Assembly: GCA_010015805.1 (NCBI GenBank)
Contig: ML978130.1
Location: 1-64,000, forward strand
From: Rhizodiscina lignyota
Taxonomy: Eukaryota
Reading direction: 5' to 3'
Length of the DNA stretch: 64,000 nt
Shown: in pieces, positions 1-14,425 of the stretch
Position numbering within the stretch: position 1 is the first letter of the stretch
Layout: each line of letters begins with the position of its first letter
The notes under the pieces: generated by a model
What the model saw: the letters and a program-made list of their open reading frames with translations, nothing else
Database searches by the model: none
Told to the model about the DNA's origin: nothing
Position numbers and translations under genes: made by a program

Positions 1-95
1 AACCCTAACCCTAACCCTAACCCTAACCCTAACCCTAACCCTAACCCTAACCCTAACCCTAACCCTAACCCTAACCCTAACCCTAACCCTAACCC
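1..95. repeat. Telomeric repeat (CCCTAA)n, i.e. TTAGGG on the minus strand; chromosome end
   Basis: Perfect CCCTAA array from base 1 to 95, then unique sequence. Confidence 0.99.
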
Positions 96-3000
96 ACCAG
101 GGCTGAGCAAGACAGCAGCGACGTCTAAGGGGTGCGGGGTCCCGGTCTTGTTGCCTGATACGAGGTAGAGGTCGTCGCGCATAATCTCGGACAGGTACTC
201 GTAGTAGAACGGCTGTAGGCCCTGGACCGCGCGCTCGTAGTGCTCCTCCAGCACCTGCTTACGGGCCATGCTAATAACGTCGGCGCGGAGCTGCTGCAAG
301 CAGATGTGCGCCAGCTAGCGTACTATGCGTCCTACTATCTCCTCGTTGCGCCGGTGCTCTCTAGCCCACGATAGCGCTAGCTCCGCCTGTACACGCGCGT
401 TGAAGAAGTCCTGTACGCGGCCGCCGCGCTGGAGGTACTTCCTACGCAGCATGCTGCCGCTGAACAGCACATAGTCCGTCACGTCCGACCGGAAGGCTAG
501 ACTAGCCTACTTGAACCGTGGCTCTAGCTAGTAGTAGCCGTATTGCGGCAGCGTATTGCAGAAGCCTAGCCCTACCTACACCCTCTGCCGCCTGTTCTGC
601 TTATCGCCTACTACCCGCTCACGGCGGCTCTACTATAGCGACGACTCCCTCCGCAGTTGGTAGCCGCCGAGCACGAAGCGGAGGCAGCGTAGGAACATAG
701 TTATTATCTTCGTCTGTTCCCATAGTATCGACCTACCGTAGTACTGCGCTAGGACTATTTCGAAGCCGGCGGCGAACTTATTAGCGCAGTGTCGGACGAA
801 GCCTAGGTAGACGTCAGTCCTGATCGGCCACGCGTACGGCGGGCAGTCTGCAAGCAGGAGCTCTCCCTTTTGCTACTACTGCTACTACCGCTACTCCCTC
901 TCCTCTTGTAGCTAGGGGCCTTATACGGCCTCGTAGAGCTCTAGGCGGTCGATAAGGCCCTGGAACAGCGACTAGCGTATCTAGTGCTCTTCGCGGATGC
1001 TGAAAGACTTTTGCGCAGAGTCTTAAAGCGCGGTGTCGGTACGGTGCTTGCTAGCGTAGTACGCATCCCTTAGCATAGCTGCGTCCCTAGAACGGCCTCC
1101 TATAGCGCTACGGGCCCCCTAGAGGACTACTAGGTCTATGGCCAGGTCCTCGAGGTCGCTGTTAGTGAATGGCATCTGCTTTGCAGCGTCCTACACCTCC
1201 TTCACCGACGCGTAGAACTGGCTGTAGACAAGGCCTCCCTAGCGGAGCTTAGAGCGCGCTAGCGGCACGCTTGTGAGGCTGTAGGCATCGCGGAGCATGT
1301 TCAGCTTAAAGTACTGCTGCCTACTAGTCCTAGTAGCTGGAGGGCGGCCGTCGTACATCTAGTGCGTGTAGCGCTCTAGGCAGTACTGCTTCTAGCAGTA
1401 TACCTGCGCCTCGTCGTCGATGTGCTGCCGCTATAACCGAAGCAGGCTCACTTCTAGGCAGATCTCCTTCGCGAGGTCGACATAGAAGCGGTCCCTATAT
1501 ATAAAGGCGAGGTCGAGGGCGCGCTCGATGTATGCCTCGAAGTGGCGCATCGCGTCTAGTAGTACAGGCTGCGCCGTGCTTGTCTTAAAGCGTAGCTTTG
1601 TCCCCTTTGCAGAGAAGAAGAGCTGTAGATCGCGGAAGTTGCTAAGCTGCGGCGAGCCTCTAATAGTGTCCTAGACAGTAGCCTAGATGCGGTTAAGGTA
1701 CAGTGGCTGGATATAGTAGCTGATACTCTGCTGCGTCCGGTACCCCTTCCCTCTCACGCTTCGGGCCTCTGTCTAGTAGGCCCGCGCGCTCGCTCGCGAG
1801 TGCGCGGCGCTAGCGGGCAGGTGCTAGACGTAGTATGCACTACAGTGCTCGTGAACTGCGGGAAGAAGGACGTCGTCGAGCTAGAGCGAGTACTAGCTGC
1901 TAGTCAGCGACGTAAACTTCCCCTCGTACGCGTGCTGCATATATAGGAACAGTATATGCACGGTAATCTCATCTGCGCCAGATACGCGGCCAAGCTGGAA
2001 GTGGGGGACGTCGCGGAGCATGGCGAGATGGGACTATAGAGCGTAGGCAGTGTCGTACTCGTCCTACTACCCTGTGAATACAGGCGTCTTTAAATGGATA
2101 TCGGTAGTAATGTTCTGCGTTGGCATTAGTGCTAGCTGTAGCAGAAGCCTACCACGGGCTGCAGCGAGGCTACTACCGAATCCTAGGAAGCTATTAATGT
2201 CAAAGGCAACCTAGGCGCCGATAGCGCGTGTCTCCTCTGCGTGCAGGCAGACGCGCGCTAGGAGGGCCAGACGGCGCCGGCTACGTCCCTAGCGGATCCG
2301 CTAGAGGCCTACGAGCTGCTGCTGCTAGTCCTGTTGCGATATAATGCCGTAGAAGGTAGCCTGCTACTACGCTTCTATTAGCTGCTCCTACTACGCGAGG
2401 CGGTCTGGCGTGATGATATCGGGCAGTGAGAGCACGTTAGGAAAGGCCCCGTCGTTGGATAGGTCCCTTAGGCTGTAGTGCTTGCTGCTAACAGCTACTA
2501 CTGCTGCTTCGTGCTTGCGGCGCTCGTCTGCGTGCTCCTCTTCTATATAGCTATAGAAGCCGTGTTATAGCTGGTCGTATAGCTTCTAGACTGTATAATC
2601 GTGTGCTAGGAGCTCCTCGTCCCCCTCCTCTTCTCCTCTCTCCTGTATACTACCTGCTAGTATACTAAGATCCGCGCCTAACGCTACGTCTGCAGCGTCT
2701 ACGGCGTCTACGGCTGCTACAACCGCTGCTACTACACTAGTATTAGCATCTTAACCTAAAGCTACGTCTGCTACTACCGCCCTAGGATCTTCCGCTAGTA
2801 CTACTAGCCCCGCCGCTACTACAACCTGTACTATATCTGCTACTATACCTTATTTATCTACTACGCGTATGTTAAGGTCTATATCTACTAGTATATCGTT
2901 AGTACCTAGTGTGTCTACTACGCCTAATACGTCTAATATCCTAGTTTATGGCGGGCTAGCGGAGCTAGTAACTTTAGTAGTAGGGGGAGGGCGCTATAGC

Positions 3001-3419
3001 GTGTAGGGTACAGTTAGGACGGTAAGGTTTAGTCGACGCGAAGGTAGGTTAGGTAGAGGAGAGATCTATAGCGTAGGGAGGATACTAGCGGCTATACTTG
3101 TAGCTATACTTATAGCTAGTAGTAGTAATAGTACTAGTAGTAGTGCTAGTAGTAGTACTAGTAGTAGTACTAGTAGTATAGTAGACGAGGACGCTACAGC
3201 GGGTAAGAGGGCTTAGAAGAACTAGCAGATACTATGCTATCCTACTATTAGTAGGGACTTTGACTTTGACTTTAACTTTAACCTCGACTTTAACTCTAGC
3301 CTTAGCTTTTCCCTAGCTTTAGCCCTAGTCTTAGTTCTAACGGGCCTACGCGCCGCTACTACTTCTAAGTGTAGTAGGTTTAGGTAAGTAGAAAGGTACG
3401 TTTACGCTGTCGCTATTAT

Positions 3420-3465
<46 letters not shown>

Positions 3466-3870
3466 TCCTCTACTACTATTATTAATAACGACAGTAATAA
3501 TAACGACGGTAATAGCTACTATCGCTAGTATAGCTAGCTATGCTCCTTTACCTCCTCTACCTCCTTCTTCCTATCCTACTACCGCTACTCCTACGCATTA
3601 AGGCTAAGGCTAAGGCCTTATAGCTGCTAGCCAACGCTAGTAATGCTACTAAGCGTACGCGTAGCGTCTAGTTCGTTAAACGGGCGCTTAGCGATAGTAT
3701 TAGCCTACTACGACTACTCTATAGTCTAGTATAGCTATTACGCCTCCTCCTCCTGTTATAGCTCCCTCTTCTCCCTCTAGCGCGCCTAGTACCGCCGTAC
3801 GCGCTCTGCGACACCCCTACGCAGACTAAGGGCGTACAGGTTAGTAGTATTAGTCGATAGGGGCCGTCCC
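96..3870 (-). pseudogene. RIP-mutated subtelomeric hypothetical gene, truncated by the telomere
   Basis: Minus-strand translation stays protein-like in one frame (e.g. AMRHFEAYIERALDLAF, RFYVDLAKEIC, GGLVYSQFYASVKEV, MPFTNSDLEDLA) with transition-type damage; 5' limit approximate. Confidence 0.7.
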
Positions 3871-4159
3871 CTCTTAGGGCCTAAGGCTAGTAGCACTACT
3901 ACTAGTACTAGTACTAGTACTAGTACTAGTACTACTAGTACTACTAGTACTACTAGTACTACTAGTACTAGTAGTAGTACTATCTCTCCTTTTATAGCTG
4001 CCCTACTCCCCTCCTACCCTCTATATATATAGCGTCTCTAACCCTCTATCTATCTATAGCGTATAGCGTAATAAAAGAGATAGTAGAGGACGAGCGATTA
4101 AAGAGGGGAGAGAGAGGATAGGAGACGGGTAGATAGCTACTACTACTACTACTACTATA

Positions 4160-5077
4160 CTCGTCACGTAGGTATTACAATCTAAAATTGGATTAGAGCG
4201 CCTACCCCTACTACCCTACTCTACAAGTAGCGTAGTAGTAGCGTCGTAGTAGTAGTAGTAGTAGCAACAGGTAATAGAAGAGGCTAAGAAATACTACGTT
4301 AAAATTAGAGAGGGAGGCGGAGGAGGGTATAAAGTAGCTACTTACGCCTTTATTTCCGCTCTATTAACGCTACGCGCGCGTGCTAGTAAGACTTTACGCT
4401 CTACTATAGCGCTTAATTACGTAGGCGTTACAATTTAGCGCTAGCCCTCCGCCCTTCTACTCTACAAGTAGTAAAAGCAGCGCTAGGCGGCGCGAGCCCT
4501 TAAATAGAGCGAGAATTAAAGGCGCGCATAGCTACTCTACGCCCTCCCCTACTCTTCTCTCTAATTATTATATAGATATAGTATATACTATCTCTCTCTT
4601 ACGCGCGCGCGCGCGTACTAAGCTATACTCTTAACCCTAGCTTATAGTCACGTAGGCGTTACAATTTAGCGCTAGACCTCTACCCTAAAAGTAGCGCTAG
4701 GCGGCGCGAGGCCTTAGATAGAGCGAGAATTAAAGGCGCGCGTAGCTACTCTATACCCTCCTCCTCTACTCTTCTCTCTCTAATTATTATATAGTATATA
4801 CTCTCTCTCTCGCGCGCGCGCGCGTAGCGAGCTACACTCTTATCTTAACCCCTAGCTTGTAGTTACGTAAGTGTTACAATTTACCCCCTACGCCTTACCC
4901 TCTCTACTAGCGACCTCTCTAACTTTGCTATACTTACTATACTACTACGCTACGAGCTATTTAGTAAATAAGACCTACCCTCTACTACTTACACCTACCG
5001 CTCGCTATCCCGCTCTTTTTTCCCCCCTATTTAGGCCCGCTACGCGCCTAAGCCCTAACCTAAATCCGAGCTATAGA
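4160..5077 (+). repeat. Degenerate tandem subtelomeric repeats, ~215-250 bp units
   Basis: Unit-start motif (t/c)acgtag(g/a)ygttacaat recurs near 4165, 4418, 4648 and 4863; shared gagcgagaattaaaggcgcg and (cg)n tracts. Confidence 0.8.
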
Positions 5078-5097
5078 CGCGCAACTGCCGCTCCCTT

Positions 5098-8066
5098 ATA
5101 ACTCTGTCTACTATCTACTTACTACTATCGACACTGCTAAACGCCTTTCTATTCCGCTTATCGTCTATAAAACTCTACTTAACCCTTATCTCCGCTATAT
5201 TATCTACTATCTAGTCTATCTTTACTAGCGGCAACCGCGTCGTTATATCCGCGCTATTAGGCCGGCCCTTATCGTCAATATGTAATAATAACAACCTCCT
5301 CTTAAACCTTAACTATAATATATATACTAACCTATAGATTATCGCCCGTAAATCTAGTATGCTAAAACTAATATAGCTGTATAACAACCTGTCGCTAACC
5401 TAATCTACTACTCTATCTACTACTATACTATAATATACCTTTAACCTATACGTCCTTAATATTAAAACCTAATTTATTAGCGTCGGCTTACTACTAAATA
5501 TAGTTAATATTATAAACCTATATACTATCTCCTACGCTAACTAGAAATAGGTCGGCGCCTTCTTTAATACCTCTACCCGGCTAAAACCTTGCTCTTCCCT
5601 TATCTCTTTAATTACTACTTCCCTTATTAACTTTATACGGTATAAAACTAATATCCTAGCGACTATAACAACTGCTAATAATACTTATATTACCCTAGAC
5701 GGCCCTTTCTACGTATAATCCTTATCTAACCCTAAAACCGCCAATCTACTAACGATACTATTTATATATACGTCGTCCTATATATTATAGTTTAATAATA
5801 CGATTAAAAACTCTAATATCGCTGCTTCTACCTTACTATCTTCTTTATCTCCTTTCTTCTCTTCCTCTCCTTACTCCTACTCTTACTCCTACTCTTACCC
5901 CTACCCCTATACCTTCTTACCCTACTCCTCTTTACGCTTAATAGCCTATCTAACCTATATTAATACTCTAACCTATCTACTAGTTAATCTATACAGTAGT
6001 CTTTTCTACCTAATACTATTTTCTACCTTTTCTCTCCTATCCCTCCTTCCTTACCTTCTTCCCTCTTACCTAGCCCTTTTAATCTCTATACACATCTCTT
6101 TATCTAACCCTAAATCCCTTTCTAAATCTTCCTCTAAATCCTCTTCTACTAGCCCTATCGACGCGTCTCTTAACCTACTATTACTATCGCTACTACTACT
6201 ACTCCTACTACTCCTCCTCCTCCTCCCCCCTTTTATCGCCTTTAGTAAACCCTACGTCCTCTAAATATAATAAACTACTTTATACTAAACCTTAGCGTAC
6301 CTCTTAATCGTCTTACCCTACTACCTTACGTTTAATAGCTTCTTATTTAATATCTTACCTATCTCTCTCTTATTTATATAATATATAGCTATAAAACCTA
6401 TAACTTCTAGCTATACTACCTTTTACGCCTCCTAAATAACTATCTATACTATATTATATACCCTAACTAACTCCTACTCTCTTTTTACATCTATTATACT
6501 ACTACTTTTACTATTACTTTCGCTATTACTTTTACTATTACTACTTTTACTACTACTATCGTTACTACTATTATCGCTACTACTACTATTACTATCGCTA
6601 TCACTCCTATCTCTATCTACTAGTATCTCTACTATCTTAACTAACTACCTATAGTTAAACCCCTTTAAATACCTCGCCTATCCTGCCCTTCTTAACTACG
6701 TCTATAGTACATATCTATTTATATTAGCCTAAACTATTACCCTCTCCTCTTTAGCCTCTTACTTTAACTACTTATCTACTAATATAAAAACCCTCTCTAT
6801 CTACTGCCTTATAACACGCTATATCTACTTATCTCTATTAACTATACTTTCTCCTTTATCTCCCTTACCCTTACCCCTTAGCCTTACTATTACCTTAAAT
6901 AACTACTACTACCCTCCTATCCTAAAAAACTACTAGTAATATATACCTGCTATTTATATCTCGTACTCTTATACCTCTATAATAGCTAACCTTATCGCCC
7001 TACCGCAGCCGCGCCTATTCGCCTACTTATACTCTCGCCTATAATATTTCTACATATCCTCCTACATACGGCGTATATATCTACACTTATTATACTAATA
7101 ACTATCGTCTTATAACTATAAACTAGCTAATAGCGCTAATATAGGCTCTAGATACTAGACCTCCTTACGCGTGACTACGATGTCTTCTACTACGATACTA
7201 CTTACCTCTACTATAATCGCCCTACGCGTGTCTACTATTAACTTACTCTTATACTTCTAGCTTAAATGTAAACCTATACTACTCCTAATAATAGTGTATC
7301 TATACCTCCTGTAAATAATCGCCTTGTACTACGGTAAATACTTGAAATAATTGCTAAAACCTACTATCTCTCCCCTAATCTTTTAATCTCCCTCCCTCCT
7401 TAGTTCTACTATAGGTTCTTCCTTAACTAATAACTAGGGCAACTATTAAATGGCCTTCTAAACTTAATAATACGTTTTATTATCTACTTAAATCCCTAAT
7501 CTTCTCCCCCTTTTCTTATTTCGTAGCTTTAACGCTTTAGCCCCTAGCTATACTACGCGCGCACGCCTACCTACCTACCCTACTTAAAACACACGACTAC
7601 GAAACTACTTTCGTACTACGGAAATAGGCGTGTACTACCCTATTAACCTACTATATTCAACTATAGCTTACCCGCCTTTAACTATAATATACTACCTACT
7701 ATCCTACCTACCTACTACGTCCGACTACGACTTGTTTTACTCACTACATACTATACTAAACTACTAATCCTACTCAGATCACGTGACCGCGAACACGAAA
7801 ACTCCTATACACTACGGACTACGGCTATAACGTAATAATATACTATAACCCTAATAGTTCTAACTATATAGCCGGGTTAGGCGCGGCTAAGACTATATTT
7901 CTATACGTTTAAAACCCGCCTTTAGGCGCTACTTTGCTACTTTCTCGCAAATTAGGTTCGACTTTAAACCCTAAATCGGTCCGACCCCCTCCTTATCCTA
8001 CTAGCGCTAAATTTATTAGCAGGTTTAAATTAGTTCGACTCGAACTAGTTGTATAGTATAAGTTAG
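5098..8066 (-). pseudogene. TLH: Partial copy (upstream region plus N-terminal half) of a telomere-linked RecQ helicase gene, RIP-mutated
   Basis: Colinear with 10413-13381 at an offset of ~5315 bp; near 7250-7360 the de-RIP reading gives F-x-Y-L-P-Q-Y-K-A-I-I-C-x-x-C..H..H (DUF3505-like N-terminus). Confidence 0.8.
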
Positions 8067-11000
8067 CTCCTATCCTCTTATATAACCTTACCCGTCCTCT
8101 AATCGACCTTAACCGCCTATAATACGATTAACTCGTACGCCCTTTTATCCCTACCTGCCTTACTACTCTTTTATACGAAACTCCTTAACTTCTTTACCTT
8201 ACCTACGTATATAACTACCCTAATTGTTAGTGTATTAACCCCTAATCCTAACGCGTTTATCGCTGTAAAAACCTACTCTATACTTTCTTTTAACACTTAT
8301 AACAACTTTACCTTTTCTTCTTTACTGCCTACTACTCTATAGAAATACTTATACCCTAAAACCTTTACTAACCTTTCTATCTTCTTAACTATATCGTAAT
8401 ATACTATAATCTAGCCTAGTATCGCATACTACGCCCTCTTCTCCTCTACTAATCTAACTACTATCTCCTCCTCTTCCGCCTAGCTATAAAAAATTACCTA
8501 GTATTTAATATTCTTCTTTATAGTTAGCGCCTTAAACTAATACTCTCCCTCTCCCTTTTCTTCTCTCTTTTCCTTTATACTCTCTCTTTTACTACTACTA
8601 CTACTCTTTTTATTACTACTACTATTACTCTCCTTACTACTACTACTACTACTACTACCTCTTTTCTTACTATTACTACTACTAAACCCTATTAATCTTT
8701 TAAACTTTAGCTCGTCTACTAGTAGTAATATTACTATTAAAAATACTATCTATATCTCTACCCTAATTAACTCCCTTAACTGTAAAACCTAACTCCTCTA
8801 CCTACTCCCCTTACTCGAATCTAATACTACGTAATACTTATTAATTACTACCTAATCTAACTAGCCTATTACCTTCTACCTATTTAAAAACTAGCTAAAC
8901 GCTATACCTACTACTAACTCTAGCGTTACGAATACAATTAACGCCTACTTATATAGCCTTATACTACTCTACTCTATATACTCTATCCCTACTACCTTAT
9001 ATCTAGCCGCTATATCCTGCCTTAATATAATTAATAGTACTACTACTACTATTATACCCGTAGAATAAAACGCTAGTAATATAAATAATAAACTCTTACC
9101 CTCTCCTATTACTATAATCGCTACTACTAGGCTTCTCTACTATATAATTACCTTAATTACTAGCTCTTATAACTCTTTAAACTCTACGTCTAGCCTAACT
9201 AACTTCTGCAACTACTTCCTTATATCTGTCTTCTATATTACTACCTACTTCCTAAACTCTTTTTCCTCTGCCTACTACCTCCTATAGGCTACTACTAAAC
9301 CCTACTTAGCTAGCTCTTATAACGCTAATTTAAATATTAAAAACTTATACTACTCTTTACTAACCTTCTAAAATATAACCTACTATACTATAGTATAGAA
9401 TAGCGACTTATCGACGCCTTTACTATATATACCCTCTCTTATCTACGCGTTATAGCCTGTCTACAAATAGAATCTAACCTCTCTTTAATTAAACCTATTA
9501 ATATACTACCTCTTCCTCCTCTTATCCTCTCCCTACTACCTACTATCCTTATCTCCTCTCGTAATAGCTTGGATAATAGCCTTATTATTAATATACTACC
9601 TATAAATCGCCTTACTACTATGCCTTTAATATATAATATTTATCCTTACCCCTAAATATGTTATACTAGCCTTTTAGATCGCCTTTTTAACCCTATCTAT
9701 ATCCTAATATACTATCTTTATTAATAGTAGCTACTATCTATCCTCTTTATTATCCCTTTCTTCTTTTCTTCCTCCTTCTTACCGTTTTCTCCCTCTTATC
9801 TTTAGGCCCTACTACGCCTATTCTAGCTTTAGCTCTTATAAAAACAGGCTACGGCTGCTTCTACTACTACTAGCGATATTTCTACTATTGTTACTAGCGA
9901 TATTACTACTACTATCTCCTTTAACCTCTACTACTACTACTACCGCCGCTACTATTAATATAATAGTAGAAATACTCTCTAACCTGTCCTAAAACGGCCT
10001 TACTAACTATAAATCGTATAATAACAACGACCCGACCTTGTATAGCAAATACTAGTAGATTACCTTCTTTCTACTACTAAACCCTACGCCCTTATAGTAC
10101 TATACTACGTATACTACTATCCTATCCTCTACGAAAATACCTCTACCCGCGCTATCTATACTATTCTTATACTATACTATAATAATCTCTATACCCCTAG
10201 CTAGCTATCCTCCTATTATATATATTAATACTAATAAATCCTGCCTATACGCGTCTAAATCCTTCTTATACTACTAGATCCTATCTTTCTTCTATATAAC
10301 TAGATCGCTACTATTCTACTACTACCGCCGCCGCTACTACTACTAGCTTCTATAGATTATATCGTACGTAGCCTTAGTATTAACAAACTCCTCGTATAAC
10401 TACTACTCCCCTATAACTCTGTCTACTATCTACTTACTACTATTAACGCTACTAAACGCCTCTCTATTCCGCCTATTATCTACGAAACTCTACCTAACCC
10501 TTATCTCCGCTATATTATCTACTATCTAGTCTATTTTTACTAGTAGTAACCGTATTATTATATCCGCGCTATTAGGCCGGCCCTTATCGTCGATATATAA
10601 TAATAATAACCTCCTCTTAAACCTTAACTATAACGCGTATACTAACCTATAGATTATCGCCTGTAAATCTAGTATGCTAAAACTAATATAGCTGTATAAT
10701 AATCTATTACTAACTTAATCTACTACTCTATCTACTACTATACTATAATATACCTTTAACCTATATATCCTTAACATTAAAACCTAATTTATTAGCGTTA
10801 GCTTACTACTAAATACGGTTAATGTTATAAACTTATATACTATCTCCTACGCTAACTAGAAATAGGTTAGCGCCTTCTTTAATACCTTTACCTAGCTAAA
10901 ACCTTACTTTTCCCTTATCTCTTTAATTACTACTTCTCTTATTAACTTCGTGCGGTATAAAACTAATATCCTAGCGACTATAACAACTACTAATAATACT

Positions 11001-12680
11001 TACGTCGCCTTAGACGGCCCTTTCTACGCGTAATCCTTATCTAACCCTAAAACCGCCAATCTATTAACGATACTATTTATATATACGTCGTCTTATACGT
11101 TATAGTCTAATAATATAATTAAAAACTCTAATATTACTACTTCTACCTTACTATCTTCTTTATCTCCTTCTCTTTTTTCCTCTCTTTACTCCTACTCTTA
11201 CTTCTACTCTTGCCTCTACCCCTATACCTTCTTACCCTACTCCTCTTTACGCTTAATAGCCTATTTAACCTATATTAATACTCTAACCTATCTACTAGTT
11301 AATTTATATAGTAGTCTTTTCTACTTAATACTATTTTCTACCTTTTCTCTTCTATTCTTCCCTTTTTACCTTCTTCCCTCTTACCTAGCCCTTTTAATCT
11401 CTATATACATCTCCTTATCTAACCTTAAATCCCTTTCTAAATCTTCCTCTAAATCCTCTTCTACTAGCCCTATTAACACGTCCCCTAACCTACTATTACT
11501 ATTACTACTACTACTACTTCTACTACTTCTCCTCCCTCTCCCCCCTTTTATCGCCTTTAGTAAACCCTATATCCTCTAAATATAATAAACTACCTTATAC
11601 TAAACCTTAGCGTACCTTTTAATTATCTTACCCTACTATTTTACGTTTAATAGCTTCTTATTTAATATCTTACCTATCTCTCTCCTATTTATATAATATA
11701 TAGCTATAAAACCTATAACTTCTAGCTATACTACCTTTTACGCCTCTTAAATAACTATTTATACTATATTATATACTTTAACTAACTCCTACTCTCTTCT
11801 TACATCTATTATACTACTACTTTTACTATTACTTTCGCTATTACTTTTACTATTACTACTTTTACTACTACTATCATTACTACTATTATCGCTACTACTA
11901 CTATTACTATTACTATCGCTTTTATTTCTATCTACTAGTATCTCTACTATCTTAACTAACTACTTATAGTTAAACCCTTTTAAATACCTTACTTATCCTA
12001 CCCTTCTTAACTATATTTATAGTATATATCTATTCGTATTAGCCTAGACTATTACCCTCTCCTCCTTAGCCTCTTACTTTAACTACTTATCTACTAATAT
12101 AAAAACCCTCTCTATCTACTACCTTATAACGCGCTATATCTACTTATCCCTATTAACTATACTTTCTCTTTTATCTCCTTTACTCTTACCCCCTAGCCTT
12201 ACTATTACCTTAAATAACTACTACTACCCTCCTATCCTAAAAAACTACTAGTAATATACGCCTACTATCTATATCTTATACTCTTATACCTTTATAATAG
12301 CTAACCTTATCGCCCTATTACGGCTACGCCTATTTACCTACTTATACTCTTACCTATAATACTTCTACATATCCTCCTATATATAGCGTATATATCTATA
12401 CTCGTTATACTAATAACTATCGTTCTATAACTATAAACTAGCTAATAGCGCTAACGTAGGCTCTAAATACTAGACCTCCTTACGCGTAACTACAATATCT
12501 TCTACTACGATACTACTTACCTCTACTATAATTACCCTACGCGCGTCTACTATTAACTTACTCTTATACTTCTAGCTTAAATATAAACTTATACTACTTC
12601 TAATAATAGCGTACCTATACCTCCTATAAATAATCGCTTTATACTATAGTAAATACTCGAAATAATCGCTAAAACCTACT
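8067..12680 (-). pseudogene. TLH: Near full-length telomere-linked RecQ helicase relic, RIP-mutated
   Basis: Minus-strand motifs in order after reversing transitions: GEGKSLLF (I, ~9090), VVVV(P)LI (Ia), AAT AAG TAT TAC = DECH (II, ~8835), L(T)A(T)L (III), (T)NALGLGV(D) (V, ~8245), (Q)(E)S(G)(R)AGRD (VI, ~8155). Confidence 0.88.
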
Positions 12681-13379
12681 ATCTCTCCCCTAGTCTTTTA
12701 ATCTCCCTCCCTCCTTAGTTCTACTATAGGTTCTTTCTTAACTAATAACTAGGGCAACTATTAAATAGCCTTCTAAACTTAATAATACGTCTTATTATCT
12801 ACTTAAATCCCTAATCTTCTCCTCTTTTTCTTATTTCGTAGCTTTAACGCTTTAGCCCCTAGCTATACTATACGCGCATGCCCGCCCGCCCGCCCTACTT
12901 AAAACACGCGACTATAAAACTACTTTCGTACTACGGAAATAGGCGTATACTACCCTATTAACCTACTATATTTAACTATAGCTTACCCGCCTTTAACTAT
13001 AATATACTACCTACTATCCTACCTACCTACTATATCTGACTACGACTTATTTTACTTACTACATACTACGCTAAACTACTAATCCTACTCAGATTACGTG
13101 ACCGCGAATACGAAAACTCCTATATACCGCAGACTACGGCTATAACGTAACAATATACTATAACCCTAATAGTTCTAACTATATAGCCGGGTTAGGCGCG
13201 GCTAGGACTATATTTCTATATACTTAAAACCTACCCCTAGGCGCTACTTTACTACTTTCTCACAAATTAGGTTCGACTTTAAACCTTAAATTAGTCCGAC
13301 CCCCTCCTTATCCTACTAGCGCTAAATTTATTAGTAGGCTTAAATCGGTTCGACTCGAACTGGTCGTATAGTACGAGTT

Positions 13380-13818
13380 AGTTATATAAGCGTTATAATT
13401 TAACGCTAGACTTTTACTTTAAAAAGTAGTACTAAGTAGTATAAAGCTAAGGCCTTAAATAGAGCGAGAATTAAAGGCGTATATAGCTACTTTAATACCC
13501 TTTTCTACTCTTTTCCTCTCTAATTATTATATAGTATATACTATCTCTTTTTTATACGTATATACGTAGTAAGCTATACTCTTATCTTAACTCTTAGCTT
13601 ATAGTTATATAGGTATTATAATTTACTCTTATACTCTTACTCTTTTTACTAGTAACCTCTCTAACTTTACTATACTTACTATACTACTATACTATAAGCT
13701 ATTTAGTAAATAAGACTTACCTTTTACTACTTATACTTACTACTTACTATCCTACTCTTTTTTTCCCTTATTTAAGCCTACTATATACTTAAGCCCTAAG
13801 CTAAATTTAAGCTATAGA
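13380..13818 (+). repeat. More heavily RIP-mutated copy of block 4646-5077
   Basis: Colinear match including agagcgagaattaaaggcg, taattattatatagtatata, tttagtaaataagac and aagccctaa(c/g)ctaaat. Confidence 0.85.
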
Positions 13819-14179
13819 ATAGCGCCTATAATTATACTTTAAGTAACTAAGTAGCTAGTTAAGTCTAGCCTTATAAGGCCTTTTAACTTTAAGAGTTATT
13901 CTACTCTAAAAAAGCTAACGCTTTATCTTTTTACTTTATAAAAGTATCCTAAAAGGCGTTTATTTTCTAAGTACTAAGCTAAAATATAATAACTTCTTTT
14001 ACTTTAAGCTACTTTAAGTACCTTAAAATACTATTAAAGACTTGTTATTTACCTAAGCTTAATACTTAAGGGCTATTTTAAGTTATACGCTTTAAACTAA
14101 TAGTTTTAAAACGCTTAAAGTCGTTTTAAGTTATTTACTTAAGGTAAAAGGTTATAAACGCTTATACTATACTTAAGCT

Positions 14180-14425
14180 ACTTAAAGGACTTTACTACCT
14201 ACTTTATAGCTTAAGTAAACGCTTTAAGCCTATAAAAGACTAAGACTAAAAGTACTTAAGTAGTACTTAAAGGACTTTTATACCTACTCTATAGCTTAAG
14301 TAAATACTTTTAAGCCTATAAGAGACTAAGACTAAAAGTACCTAAGTAGTACTTAAAAGACTTTATAAATACTTACTTTATAGCTTAAGACAACGCTTTA
14401 AGCCTATAAAAGTAAGACTAAGTAG
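14180..14425 (+). repeat. Three tandem ~85 bp AT-rich units
   Basis: acttaaa(g/a)gactt...tatagcttaag...ctttaagcctataa...gactaag starting near 14180, 14264 and 14351. Confidence 0.75.

Noticed and set aside
518..700. Plus-strand 60-aa ORF (and the 4871-5101 ORF)
   Set aside because: Chance frames, antisense to a RIP relic or within repeats; no coding features
3100..4270. (CTA)n, (TAG)n and (CTAGTA)n tracts as functional satellites
   Set aside because: Best explained as RIP-converted low-complexity codon runs such as CAG/CTG
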